Source: a virus
Lineage: Duplodnaviria > Heunggongvirae > Uroviricota > Caudoviricetes
Virus record (IMG/VR): IMGVR_UViG_2534681937_000031
Direction: 5' to 3' (one strand)
DNA length: 12,220 nt
Shown here: positions 1 through 6,996 of the stretch, one piece after another
Layout of the letters: each line of letters begins with the position of its first letter
Position numbering within the stretch: the stretch's first letter is position 1
Notes under the pieces: model-generated
What the model was told of the DNA's origin: nothing
The model's database searches: none
What the model saw: only the letters and a program-made list of their open reading frames with translations
Program-made: the position numbers and the translations under genes

Positions 1-1119
1 TCAAATAACCAACTTAACCCATTCCTGACCTCGAGTATCGTTATAGCGATCGGTGGTTGCCTGGACTTTATGTCCTAGTAATGTTTTTGTATCGATACCC
101 TGTGCACGGTACAGCCGTTCTGATAGAGAGCGTTGTTCATGAAATGTTGGCGGAGTTTTTCCTGCTGGTGGAATTACCCCAGCCAGATCCCGTGCTTTGG
201 CAAAGTAGTCGCTCAGGTTGTCTTTACTCATCGGCTTCGGTTGTTTCTGGTGCCGACTATGGATTAGATATGGACTTAATATTCTGTCTCGGCACCCATC
301 AATAACTTCTTTTAACGTTATCCCAATGGCATCACAGCGTAGTGTAAGCGGTAACGCCAGACGCATTCCGGTTTTTCCCTGGGTGATATGCAAGTGTTCG
401 TTCCACACATCTGAAAAACGCATGTGGCAAATGTCATCACGGCGCTGACCAGTAACAATCGCAAGAAGCATTGCGTTACGGATAAAGTGTTTTTCAGGCG
501 TTGCATTGTAAATTTTTTGCCAGTCTTCCATGGTGAGCCTGGCTCTGGTTACTTTAGGGATCGGTTTACGGGTAGCCTCCGGAGGATTCCATCCAGGAGG
601 AACTTCCCCTGCATGCTGTGCTTCTTTATAAATATCAACCCATAATCCACGATTTACTCTCGCTGTACTGACCATGTCTTTATCCAGCCACTCATCCAGT
701 ATTAATGCAAAGTCTCTTACTTCCAGTTCTTTCAATGGGTGGTTTCCCAGACGGGAAACCAGGTATGCAGCCATTCGAGTTTTTTCTTTGTGAGTTGTAG
801 CTGCAATATCTCCATTTTTCAGTCGCGTGTCCTGTATTTTCAGATATCGATCAACCCATGCCTTTAATCTGATACCCCGACGTTTTGTTGCTGACGGACT
901 TTCATCAATTTTGCGCATGAAATATTCAGCTTCTGCTGCAGCTATTCGCTGATTGGCTGTGGAAGCGATTTTTTCTGCCTTACCTTTGTCTGTTCCGAGT
1001 CCGTGAAATTTTCCAGTCACAGGATTTTTATACTGGTAGTAAACTCTGCCAGTTCTGCGATCAAACTTTTCGTAAAGACCGGCTACGTCAGTGCTGTTTT
1101 TTCGTGGCCTCGGTGACAT
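1..1119 (-). CDS. int: lambda-family tyrosine integrase (site-specific recombinase)
   Basis: 372-aa ORF; colinear similarity to phage lambda Int as recalled, including C-terminal catalytic region (AIVTGQRRDDICHMRFSDV, PPTFHEQRSLSERLY, GHK...DRY). Stop codon TGA is window bases 1-3, so the attachment site lies outside the window. AAGGAG SD about 10 nt upstream of ATG at 1119-1117. Confidence 0.93.
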   Translation of the reverse strand: MSPRPRKNSTDVAGLYEKFDRRTGRVYYQYKNPVTGKFHGLGTDKGKAEKIASTANQRIAAAEAEYFMRKIDESPSATKRRGIRLKAWVDRYLKIQDTRLKNGDIAATTHKEKTRMAAYLVSRLGNHPLKELEVRDFALILDEWLDKDMVSTARVNRGLWVDIYKEAQHAGEVPPGWNPPEATRKPIPKVTRARLTMEDWQKIYNATPEKHFIRNAMLLAIVTGQRRDDICHMRFSDVWNEHLHITQGKTGMRLALPLTLRCDAIGITLKEVIDGCRDRILSPYLIHSRHQKQPKPMSKDNLSDYFAKARDLAGVIPPAGKTPPTFHEQRSLSERLYRAQGIDTKTLLGHKVQATTDRYNDTRGQEWVKLVI

Positions 1120-1357
1120 GAGTTAAAATCTCCTTCAGTGCATCATCATCGCCAGTATGAATTTCCGGCGCAATTCCCGTTTCACCAGGCCCAACAAATA
1201 CTGCTCGGCGATCTATCAGCCAACGCCCACGAATTTTTTGTGGTCTTGGAACGATGTATCCTAGTTTTCCGTATTTCACCAGGGTAGTGTTTGTTATTGG
1301 GAGACTGAACCGTTTTGGTTTCCACTCGTCGAGCGTTATCAGGTACTGTTCGCTCAT
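1088..1357 (-). CDS. xis: excisionase (Xis-like DNA-binding protein)
   Basis: Small ORF immediately upstream of int, overlapping its start by 32 nt (typical xis-int arrangement). N-terminus YLITLDEW...RFSLP...YIVPRP resembles lambda Xis YLTLQEW...RPRSLE...IFPPP. ATG at 1357 has GGAG 8 nt upstream; the track start at 1366 is GTG. Confidence 0.7.
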   Translation of the reverse strand: MSEQYLITLDEWKPKRFSLPITNTTLVKYGKLGYIVPRPQKIRGRWLIDRRAVFVGPGETGIAPEIHTGDDDALKEILTHVTEATKKQH

Positions 1358-1418
1358 GGCTATCACTCCGGAACGCGCCAGTTGCAGAATATCAACGACA
1401 ACTGGCGACGGTTGAACA

Positions 1419-1856
1419 TTAAAAATCAGCCTGACTCGGGATCAGTTTTTGCCAGATAACTGAAACGTATTTTGCCTGGTAACGGGCGTCATCAAGTGCA
1501 TTATGGCGCTCACCTTCGAATGGAATAGCCGTTCTGGCATCGAAGTCTATGGCTTTCCCCAGCTCAACGATTGTGCGTACATCGCGATCGTTGTAGTAAC
1601 GCCACGGGCAGGGGATCCCCTGCCGTTCGTATGAACGGCGCAAAATCGTGTTGTCGAAGTTGGCTCCATTTCCCCAGACCTGAACAAAAAATTCACCGGA
1701 GTTTTCGTCGATAAATTCCCGCAATTGTAACAGTGCATCATCTAACGGGATTTCATCGGTCATAATGGCAGATTGCGCTTCGCGTGATTGCTTAAGCCAC
1801 CATTTAATGGTGTCCCTCGCCGTGTGCTTTCGTGTTGTGTGCCTGCTTTTTACCAC
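1419..1856 (-). CDS. DnaQ-like DEDDh 3'-5' exonuclease domain, apparently 5'-truncated (Exo II and Exo III motifs only)
   Basis: Translation contains Exo II-like WGNGANFDNTIL and Exo III-like HNALDDARYQAKY, but no Exo I (D-x-E) motif in the ORF or in any frame of the 240 bp upstream. Neither candidate start (GTG 1856, ATG 1763) has a convincing SD. Probably a gene remnant. Confidence 0.5.
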   Translation of the reverse strand: MVKSRHTTRKHTARDTIKWWLKQSREAQSAIMTDEIPLDDALLQLREFIDENSGEFFVQVWGNGANFDNTILRRSYERQGIPCPWRYYNDRDVRTIVELGKAIDFDARTAIPFEGERHNALDDARYQAKYVSVIWQKLIPSQADF

Positions 1857-1880
1857 GTCAGGCGAGGTGGTCCCCGTTAT

Positions 1881-1926
1881 TCCCCAACAACAAGGATCTT
1901 GTTAATCTGGATATCCCCAACAACAA
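1881..1926 (+). repeat. two 13-bp direct repeats TCCCCAACAACAA (1881-1893 and 1914-1926), 33 bp apart, in the 5' region of the 1941-2456 gene
   Basis: Exact repeat seen directly in the sequence; lies between the truncated exonuclease ORF and the GTG start at 1941. Confidence 0.6.
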
Positions 1927-1940
1927 TAAGAGTATTGAAT

Positions 1941-2456
1941 GTGATCGCTGAATTAACGGCAGCAATGACGGCTATTCGTGAAACCGCCCAGATTGCAAAA
2001 CTAATGAACGAGGCAAAAACTCAAGCTGAAGTAAATGCGGCTATTGGTGAACTGAACTCAAAGCTTGCATCTATTCAGCGCGAATGCGTGTCTCTCGTTG
2101 AGCTGGTGGGCACTTATCAAGAAATAAATGCTTCTCTCAAAGCTAAAATTGCAGAATTTGAAAACTTTGAGGCTCAGACGGAAGGTTATATCCTTAGCCA
2201 ACTTGAGTCGGGAACTTTTGTGTACTCGAAGGAGGTAACCGTGAACGGCGGCAGCATAATCATGCATCTTTGTCCAAAATGTTTTGGACAAAAGATAGTA
2301 TCGATACTTCAGCCATTCCCGGTTAGAGAATATGAATTTTTTCATAAAAGCAGGTGCCTGTACTGTGAAAATCAGTTTCTTATGAATAAAAATCCGGATT
2401 ACGTATCACCTCCATCTATTGAAGAGTTGGCCAGAAAACTGAACGGCAATCTGTAG
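1941..2456 (+). CDS. hypothetical protein, N-terminal coiled-coil plus C-terminal C4 zinc ribbon (CPKC...x20...CLYC); candidate moron/accessory gene
   Basis: Open frame 1788-2456; the upstream part overlaps the exonuclease ORF, so the likely start is GTG 1941 (AAGAG 10 nt upstream) or ATG 1965. About 171 aa. Visibly AT-rich relative to the replication region. Oriented opposite to the int-xis and early-left genes. No family recognised. Confidence 0.6.
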   Translation: MIAELTAAMTAIRETAQIAKLMNEAKTQAEVNAAIGELNSKLASIQRECVSLVELVGTYQEINASLKAKIAEFENFEAQTEGYILSQLESGTFVYSKEVTVNGGSIIMHLCPKCFGQKIVSILQPFPVREYEFFHKSRCLYCENQFLMNKNPDYVSPPSIEELARKLNGNL

Positions 2457-2495
2457 ATTTTTACTGTTATGGATATCCAGATTGTTAAAGAGCAT

Positions 2496-2519
2496 GCCGG
2501 ATGCTTGCTTGTGTCCGGC
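2496..2519. terminator. possible hairpin between convergent genes (GCCGGA-12 nt-TCCGGC)
   Basis: 6-bp inverted repeat with 12-nt loop in the 114-bp gap between the 3' ends of the 1941-2456 (+) and 2571-2801 (-) genes. No clear U-tract on either strand, so termination function is uncertain. Confidence 0.25.
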
Positions 2520-2570
2520 GCGTGTGCACCACTCTCCCCCCGTGGAGGATTCCTTAATTACCAGATTTCA

Positions 2571-2801
2571 TTAGTCAGAGTTTCTTGCTAACCAGCGACG
2601 CGCGCCAGATTCGGTTTTAAACGTTTTGCTTTTGGTATACGTCATCGCGGTGAACGTGCCGTCCTGGTTGGGAAACACGCCGCACACCAGAGATTCGTTG
2701 TTGCCAAGATCAAGAGTATCCATGCTGACCTCATATCCCCTTAACGCCGGGGTAGCGGAACAAAAACCTGCTGCATAGTTAAAGTTGAACCCTGCCGTCA
2801 T
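2571..2801 (-). CDS. small hypothetical protein, first gene downstream of the leftward early promoter
   Basis: 76-aa ORF with GAGG about 9 nt upstream of ATG at 2801-2799. Positioned like the small early-left genes of Rac-type prophages, but no family confidently recognised. Confidence 0.5.
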   Translation of the reverse strand: MTAGFNFNYAAGFCSATPALRGYEVSMDTLDLGNNESLVCGVFPNQDGTFTAMTYTKSKTFKTESGARRWLARNSD

Positions 2802-2901
2802 GTTCTTACGCCTCGGGCTGGCTACTTAATCCCTGACCACTGCCGGGTAACTCTAGGTATTGCCCTGTATTGTGTGGGACGGGATGGGTTGGTATGGGAA
2901 A

Positions 2902-2967
2902 ACTATAGGAAATGCCTAATTGCTTGTCAATAGGCTACGCCTAATGATTTGGGTGCGACCTAATAGG
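2902..2967 (-). promoter_or_regulatory. leftward early promoter (PL-like) with operator array OL
   Basis: Minus-strand -35 TTGACA (plus 2930-2925), 17-bp spacer, -10 TATAGT (plus 2907-2902). Palindromic operator-like sites TAGGAAATGCCTAA (2906-2919) and TAGGCTACGCCTAA (2931-2944), plus a partial CCTAATAGG (2959-2967), at about 25-bp spacing. Same half-site family as the racR-ydaS intergenic sites. Confidence 0.45.
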
Positions 2968-3038
2968 TGATGGTTTGTGGGAGAGGTAGTAGGAGTTAAC
3001 TAACGGGAACTAGGAATTTCCCGTCGGACCATATAAGT

Positions 3039-3515
3039 TTAAGTTCCTGTCTTGGTGATGTTCTGGCTTTTCCGTTTTGATTCTTGATTTTTCAGATAGT
3101 TAGCTACCTTCATTTCCATTGCGGCAATGTAGGCACGAACGTCATGATCAACCCAACTAGGCTCCGTAGCATTTCCAGATAAGAGGAAAGCCACAATTGC
3201 TCTTTTTTCATCAGAGGCGGCTTGATAAAGGCTGTTTATGTCTAAAAGTTCACTTTTTGTATCTGAAGTGGATGGGGTTGGTATGGGGTATTCGTTAAGC
3301 CCCCAATGCTCTGGACCAACCACATCAGAAAAGAAACGCCATAGTTCTGGAAGTTTGTCTTTACTTATCGAACCTTTCTTAATCCAGTCATGGATTGATG
3401 GTGGTTGGACTTTGAAATGACGTGCGATTTCCGCCTTTGATTTGACGGCTCCTGATGCAATTTTTTTGTTAATGGCCTGCTCTATCGCTCGGCCTAAGTC
3501 TTTACCACTAAGCAT
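3039..3515 (-). CDS. racR: prophage repressor, RacR-like HTH protein
   Basis: 158-aa ORF with N-terminal HTH (AEIARHFKVQPPSIHDWIKKGSIS); divergent from a Cro-like gene across an operator-rich gap; AGGAG 8 nt upstream of ATG at 3515. Length and context match E. coli Rac prophage RacR as recalled. Confidence 0.8.
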   Translation of the reverse strand: MLSGKDLGRAIEQAINKKIASGAVKSKAEIARHFKVQPPSIHDWIKKGSISKDKLPELWRFFSDVVGPEHWGLNEYPIPTPSTSDTKSELLDINSLYQAASDEKRAIVAFLLSGNATEPSWVDHDVRAYIAAMEMKVANYLKNQESKRKSQNITKTGT

Positions 3516-3543
3516 TGCTTAATAGTCTCCTATGCGCATCGCA

Positions 3544-3612
3544 TTAGGCAATGCCTACTCTCGAAGCGTTAGGCATAGCCTATTGACAATTGCATTAGGC
3601 TAAGCCTAATAT
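3544..3612 (+). promoter_or_regulatory. rightward early promoter (PR-like) with three operators (OR)
   Basis: Three palindromes at about 26-bp centre spacing: TTAGGCAATGCCTA (3544-3557), TAGGCATAGCCTA (3570-3582), TTAGGCTAAGCCTAA (3595-3609). -35 TTGACA 3583-3588, 18-bp spacer, -10 TAATAT 3607-3612. The third operator overlaps the -10. Confidence 0.55.
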
Positions 3613-3639
3613 TATTGTGTGTTTTTTGGAGTTCATTCG

Positions 3640-3963
3640 ATGAAAAAAGATAACTATTCATTCAAACGAGCTTGTGCTGTTGTCGGTGGGCAATCAGCAA
3701 TGGCTAGGCTTTTAGGTGTATCTCCTCCAAGCGTAAATCAATGGATCAAAGGTGTACGTCAGTTGCCTGCTGAGAGATGTCCTGCGATTGAACGAGCAAC
3801 AAAAGGTGGTGTCCTGTGTGAAGAACTTCGTCCTGATGTTGATTGGACATACTTACGACGCTCGTCATGTTATTCGCAGAATATGTCGATGAAGCAACCA
3901 AATGACGAAAACGATCATACCCGAAGCATCAAGAGGCAAATGATTCATGAAAATCAAACATGA
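3640..3963 (+). CDS. ydaS: Cro-like HTH regulator, YdaS-like
   Basis: ATG 3640 with GGAG 8 nt upstream. The ORF-track start at 3619 (GTG) lies at the predicted transcription start and is rejected. HTH motif QSAMARLLGVSPPSVNQWIKG. Sits immediately rightward of the repressor, as in the Rac racR-ydaS-ydaT arrangement. Confidence 0.75.
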   Translation: MKKDNYSFKRACAVVGGQSAMARLLGVSPPSVNQWIKGVRQLPAERCPAIERATKGGVLCEELRPDVDWTYLRRSSCYSQNMSMKQPNDENDHTRSIKRQMIHENQT

Positions 3964-4372
3964 GCACATCCGCATGGCGATGAATGCCTGGGCATATCCT
4001 GATGGTGAGAAAGTTCCTGCAGCTGAAATAGCCCGGACTTATTTCGAACTGGGGATGACGTTCCCGGAACTGTACGACGACAGCCATCCGGAAGCCCTGG
4101 CTCGTAATACCCAGAAAATTTTCCGTTGGCTGGATAAAGACACCCCTGATGCTGTTGAAAAAATGCAGGCTCTGTTACCGGCGATCGAAAAGGCAATGCC
4201 GCCTCTGCTGGTGGCCCGTATGCGCAGTCACAGCTCTGAATATTACCGTGAGATCGTCGAACGGAGGGATCGGCTGGTGAAAGATGTGGATGATTTTGTC
4301 GCAGCGGCGATCGCCTGGGGCACCCTGACTAACAGTGGGGGTCAGCCTGGTAATGCTGTTGTCGTGCATTGA
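3947..4372 (+). CDS. ydaT: YdaT-like protein (partner of YdaS in Rac-type immunity regions)
   Basis: 141-aa ORF overlapping the ydaS 3' end by 17 nt; AAGAGG 10 nt upstream of ATG 3947. Length and position match Rac YdaT (140 aa) as recalled. Confidence 0.75.
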   Translation: MKIKHEHIRMAMNAWAYPDGEKVPAAEIARTYFELGMTFPELYDDSHPEALARNTQKIFRWLDKDTPDAVEKMQALLPAIEKAMPPLLVARMRSHSSEYYREIVERRDRLVKDVDDFVAAAIAWGTLTNSGGQPGNAVVVH

Positions 4373-4440
4373 CCAACAATATTCATGCCGGATTTCTTCC
4401 GGATGTTCGAGGGTAAAGTTCGGTATCAGATGAGGTGAGT

Positions 4441-5478
4441 ATGGCTAATGCCTGGCTCAGATTGTGGCATGACATGCCAAATGATCCCAAATGGCGAACC
4501 ATTGCCAGGGTCTCAGGACAGCCAATCGCAACAGTGATGGCGGTGTATATCCACCTTCTGGTGAGTGCGTCACGAAATGTCACGAAATGTCACGGCGAGT
4601 CACTACGTGGTCACATTGATGTCACGACGGAAGATTTAGCAAGTGCGCTTGATGTGACGGAAGACGTGATTGATTCAATTTTGCATGCAATGCAGGGGCG
4701 AGTTCTGGATGGCGATCTTATTTCCGGATGGGAAAAACGCCAGGTGATGAAGGAGGATAACGGTAATGTTTCGCAAACCGCAAAATCCCCGGCAGAGCGC
4801 AAGAGAGCGCAGCGGGAGCGGGAAAGACTGCGGGAGCAGAACACTGATTGTCACGATGAGTCACGACGCGTCACGCATATGTCACGACAAGTCACGACAG
4901 ATACAGATACAGATAAAGAATTAAACCCCACACATAACGCGCGCATGCGCGAGAGTGCTCCAGCCAGTGAGTCGAATGGCGCGCCGTTGCAGACAGCAGA
5001 ACCTGAATACCCGGATGGCCTGAGCGAACCGATCGGGAAATTTCCGATGACTGGTGTCTGGCGGCCGTCGCTGGATTTTCGACAGCGGGCTGCATTGTGG
5101 GGTATGGCTCTGCCTGAGCCTGAGTTTACACCTGCTGAGCTTGCCGCATTCCGGGATTACTGGATGGCGGAGGGGAAGGTTTTCACGCAGGTTCAGTGGG
5201 AGCAGAAATTTGCCCGTCACGTGCAGCACGTCAGGGCACAGGTAAAACCAGTCAGCAAGGGGGTAAGCCATGCAGCACCAGGTGGCACCGCATCACGGGC
5301 AGTTCAGGAAATTCGGGCAGCACGTGAACAGTGGGAACGTGAAAACGGATTTATCAGCAACGGAAACGGCCTGGAAGCTGTGGGAACTTATGGGGGAGGT
5401 GTATTCGAACCGCTGGACCCAGAAGAACGGGGCTGCGCCGTCGAAGCTCTGGATTGCTCAGATTGGCGCGATGACTGA
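4441..5478 (+). CDS. replication initiator, O-like/YdaU-type, with DnaT-like C-terminal region; contains the iteron-type origin
   Basis: GAGG upstream of ATG 4441. Two clusters of GTCACG iterons lie inside the coding sequence, as ori-lambda lies inside O. The 3' 209 nt overlap the next gene out of frame. Confidence 0.65.
   Translation: MANAWLRLWHDMPNDPKWRTIARVSGQPIATVMAVYIHLLVSASRNVTKCHGESLRGHIDVTTEDLASALDVTEDVIDSILHAMQGRVLDGDLISGWEKRQVMKEDNGNVSQTAKSPAERKRAQRERERLREQNTDCHDESRRVTHMSRQVTTDTDTDKELNPTHNARMRESAPASESNGAPLQTAEPEYPDGLSEPIGKFPMTGVWRPSLDFRQRAALWGMALPEPEFTPAELAAFRDYWMAEGKVFTQVQWEQKFARHVQHVRAQVKPVSKGVSHAAPGGTASRAVQEIRAAREQWERENGFISNGNGLEAVGTYGGGVFEPLDPEERGCAVEALDCSDWRDD
4569..4626 (+). 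repeat. iteron cluster 1: six GTCAC(G/T/A) repeats at 10-11 bp periodicity
   Basis: Direct reading: GTCACGAAAT GTCACGAAAT GTCACGGCGA GTCACTACGTG GTCACATTGAT GTCACG. Confidence 0.75.
4850..4918 (+). repeat. iteron cluster 2: five GTCACG repeats at 10-11 bp periodicity, followed by ATACAG x3
   Basis: Direct reading: GTCACGATGA GTCACGACGC GTCACGCATAT GTCACGACAA GTCACGACAG ATACAG ATACAG ATAAAG. Lies about 224 bp downstream of cluster 1. Confidence 0.75.
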
Positions 5479-5932
5479 ACAGCAAATCCGGCAGGTCTGC
5501 CGTCAGTGCATGGACCGCTGCCGGGCGGGTGAAACGTGGCCTCCGGACCTGGCTGAGTTTGTGGCGTTGATTTCGGAGAGCGGGGCAAATCCATTTGGCC
5601 TGACGGTGGATGCCGTGATGGAGGAGTACCGTCGCTGGAGGAATGAATCCTGGCGGTACGACGGGAGTGATAAATACCCGTGGCCACAGCCGGTGCTGTA
5701 CCACATTTGCCTCGAGATGCGTGACAGAGGGATTGAGCGGCAGATGACGGAAGGTGAGTTAAAACGACTTGCAGAACGGCAACTGACGAAATGGGCAAAG
5801 CAAGTTGGTAACGGGATGAGTATTCCCCCGATCCGGAGACAACTCGCATCGCCGAAGTGCCCGCAAGGGCCAACGCCAATTGAATTACTGAAACAGGAAT
5901 ACGAGCGCCGGAAGGCGGCTGGTTTTGTTTGA
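5270..5932 (+). CDS. replication protein P-like (putative DnaB helicase loader)
   Basis: C-terminal half resembles lambda P as recalled (KYPWPQP...LYHI, MTEGELKRLAERQL, GMSIPPIRRQL versus lambda SYPWKSN...HYWL, LTDAELRRKAADEL, GEAIPEPVKQL). Start uncertain: ATG 5270 has AAGGGGG SD; alternatives are ATG 5390 and ATG 5471 (ATGA overlap with the upstream stop). Confidence 0.6.
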   Translation: MQHQVAPHHGQFRKFGQHVNSGNVKTDLSATETAWKLWELMGEVYSNRWTQKNGAAPSKLWIAQIGAMTEQQIRQVCRQCMDRCRAGETWPPDLAEFVALISESGANPFGLTVDAVMEEYRRWRNESWRYDGSDKYPWPQPVLYHICLEMRDRGIERQMTEGELKRLAERQLTKWAKQVGNGMSIPPIRRQLASPKCPQGPTPIELLKQEYERRKAAGFV

Positions 5933-5965
5933 ATCTGAGAAACGATTTTGTCGGAGGAAATTTTA

Positions 5966-6682
5966 ATGGAAACCGTATCTGACGCACTGAAAGCACTGAA
6001 AAGAGCCTCTTCACATGTGGTGGCAGCTCGCCTTGGAATTAGTCGTGAAGAGGCTGTCAACGAACTGTGGAAACTGAAACGCCGTGGAGAAGCGGATAAC
6101 AAGGGGGCGATATGGTGGCTGACTCAGGCTGGTGAAAGTGAACCGGTGTCACCGGTACCGAAAGTGACGGCGCAAATGCTGACAGAGGCGATTGAACAAC
6201 ATGGCCCACAAACGGCGGATGAACTGGCATTGATGTTCGGAATTACCTCCCGCCGGGCGAATTCATCGCTGGCAATGGCAATCAGCAAAGGGTGTCTGAT
6301 TCGCGTGAATCAGGATGGTAAATTTCGTTACTGCATACCGGGCGTTGATTTACCGGCAGAGCCGAAAGCAGCATCCGTAGCTGAAACGGAGGGTAAAGCC
6401 CTTCCTCAGCCAGCTGGTGTTGCGTTACCAGTCCAGGAAACGGCTGCACAGGAAGAAATTAAAACAGAAGCGGTGGAGGACATTGTGAAGTTGCAGCAAT
6501 CGTTCACTGAAGCGAAAGCAGATGACCTGATTCTACCATCGCTGCATGTGGCTAACCGCGAGCTGCGCCGGGCGAAAAGTAATGTTCAGAAGTGGGAGCG
6601 AGTCTGTGCTGCGCTACGGGAACTGAACAAACACAGGGATATTCTCCGGGATATTACCGCCACCAGAGAGCAGCAGCGGTGA
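5966..6682 (+). CDS. hypothetical protein with two winged-helix-like segments and a C-terminal coiled coil
   Basis: GGAGG 9 nt upstream of ATG 5966. First gene of a translationally coupled block. Confidence 0.55.
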   Translation: METVSDALKALKRASSHVVAARLGISREEAVNELWKLKRRGEADNKGAIWWLTQAGESEPVSPVPKVTAQMLTEAIEQHGPQTADELALMFGITSRRANSSLAMAISKGCLIRVNQDGKFRYCIPGVDLPAEPKAASVAETEGKALPQPAGVALPVQETAAQEEIKTEAVEDIVKLQQSFTEAKADDLILPSLHVANRELRRAKSNVQKWERVCAALRELNKHRDILRDITATREQQR

Positions 6683-6996
6683 GTGGCTGGAAGAAGTGGC
6701 GCTGGGCTGAAATCCTGATACTCCGGCAGTGTGCGGGAACGATGAGAGTCGAAAGCATCGGTTATCTGATTGGCCGTAGTGAGTCAGCCGTCAGGACGAA
6801 AGCGCGGGAACTGGGTATCAGCATGATGTTACGGGGTGATTATCACCAGTCAGCCAAATGTTCACAGCGTGATATTGAGCTGGCGTGGCAACTGCATCAG
6901 CGTGGTGTACCCCGACGGGAAATTGCCGAAAAGTTTGGGATGAAGTTGGGCGCAGTGAATAACTACGTTTATTTCGACAGGAGGGTTCAGGAGTGA
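6679..6996 (+). CDS. hypothetical small DNA-binding-like protein (two HTH-like repeats)
   Basis: GTG 6679 overlaps the upstream stop (GTGA); alternative ATG 6742. Repeats [16 protein letters not shown] and [15 protein letters not shown]. Confidence 0.45.
   Translation: MSGWKKWRWAEILILRQCAGTMRVESIGYLIGRSESAVRTKARELGISMMLRGDYHQSAKCSQRDIELAWQLHQRGVPRREIAEKFGMKLGAVNNYVYFDRRVQE

Noticed and set aside
1-60. Search for the attachment site or a flanking tRNA next to int
   Set aside because: The window begins exactly at the int stop codon, so any att core or tRNA target lies outside; nothing tRNA-like was seen anywhere in the window.
57-645. Plus-strand ORFs (57-305, 218-448, 424-645) and minus-strand ORF 318-506 inside the integrase gene
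   Set aside because: They overlap the well-supported integrase ORF on the opposite strand or out of frame and have no SD or recognisable features; treated as shadow ORFs.
1788-1940. N-terminal extension of the 1788-2456 ORF
   Set aside because: The extension is Pro/Arg/Cys-rich, overlaps the exonuclease ORF on the other strand and has no SD; the GTG at 1941 with an AAGAG SD is the more plausible start.
2058-2345. Minus-strand 95-aa ORF inside the coiled-coil/zinc-ribbon gene
   Set aside because: Lys/Phe-rich low-complexity translation typical of an antisense read of AT-rich coding DNA; the plus-strand frame carries the structured motifs.
3003-3023. Hairpin CGGGAA-N8-TTCCCG just downstream of racR as a terminator
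   Set aside because: Only a 6-bp stem with no convincing U-tract on the minus strand; too weak to call.
3619-3639. GTG start at 3619 for the ydaS-like ORF
   Set aside because: It lies at the predicted PR transcription start (the -10 ends at 3612), leaving no room for a leader or SD; ATG 3640 has a proper GGAG.
4569-4918. GTCACG repeat clusters as a possible CRISPR array
   Set aside because: Repeat unit is only 10-11 bp with no spacers of CRISPR length, and the repeats are in frame within a coding sequence; they are iterons.
4921-6102. Long minus-strand ORFs (4921-5271, 5354-5704, 5388-6014, 5503-6102) across the replication genes
   Set aside because: They are antisense to the O-like and P-like genes, Arg/Ser/Pro-rich, and arise from GC-rich coding DNA lacking stops in the reverse frames.
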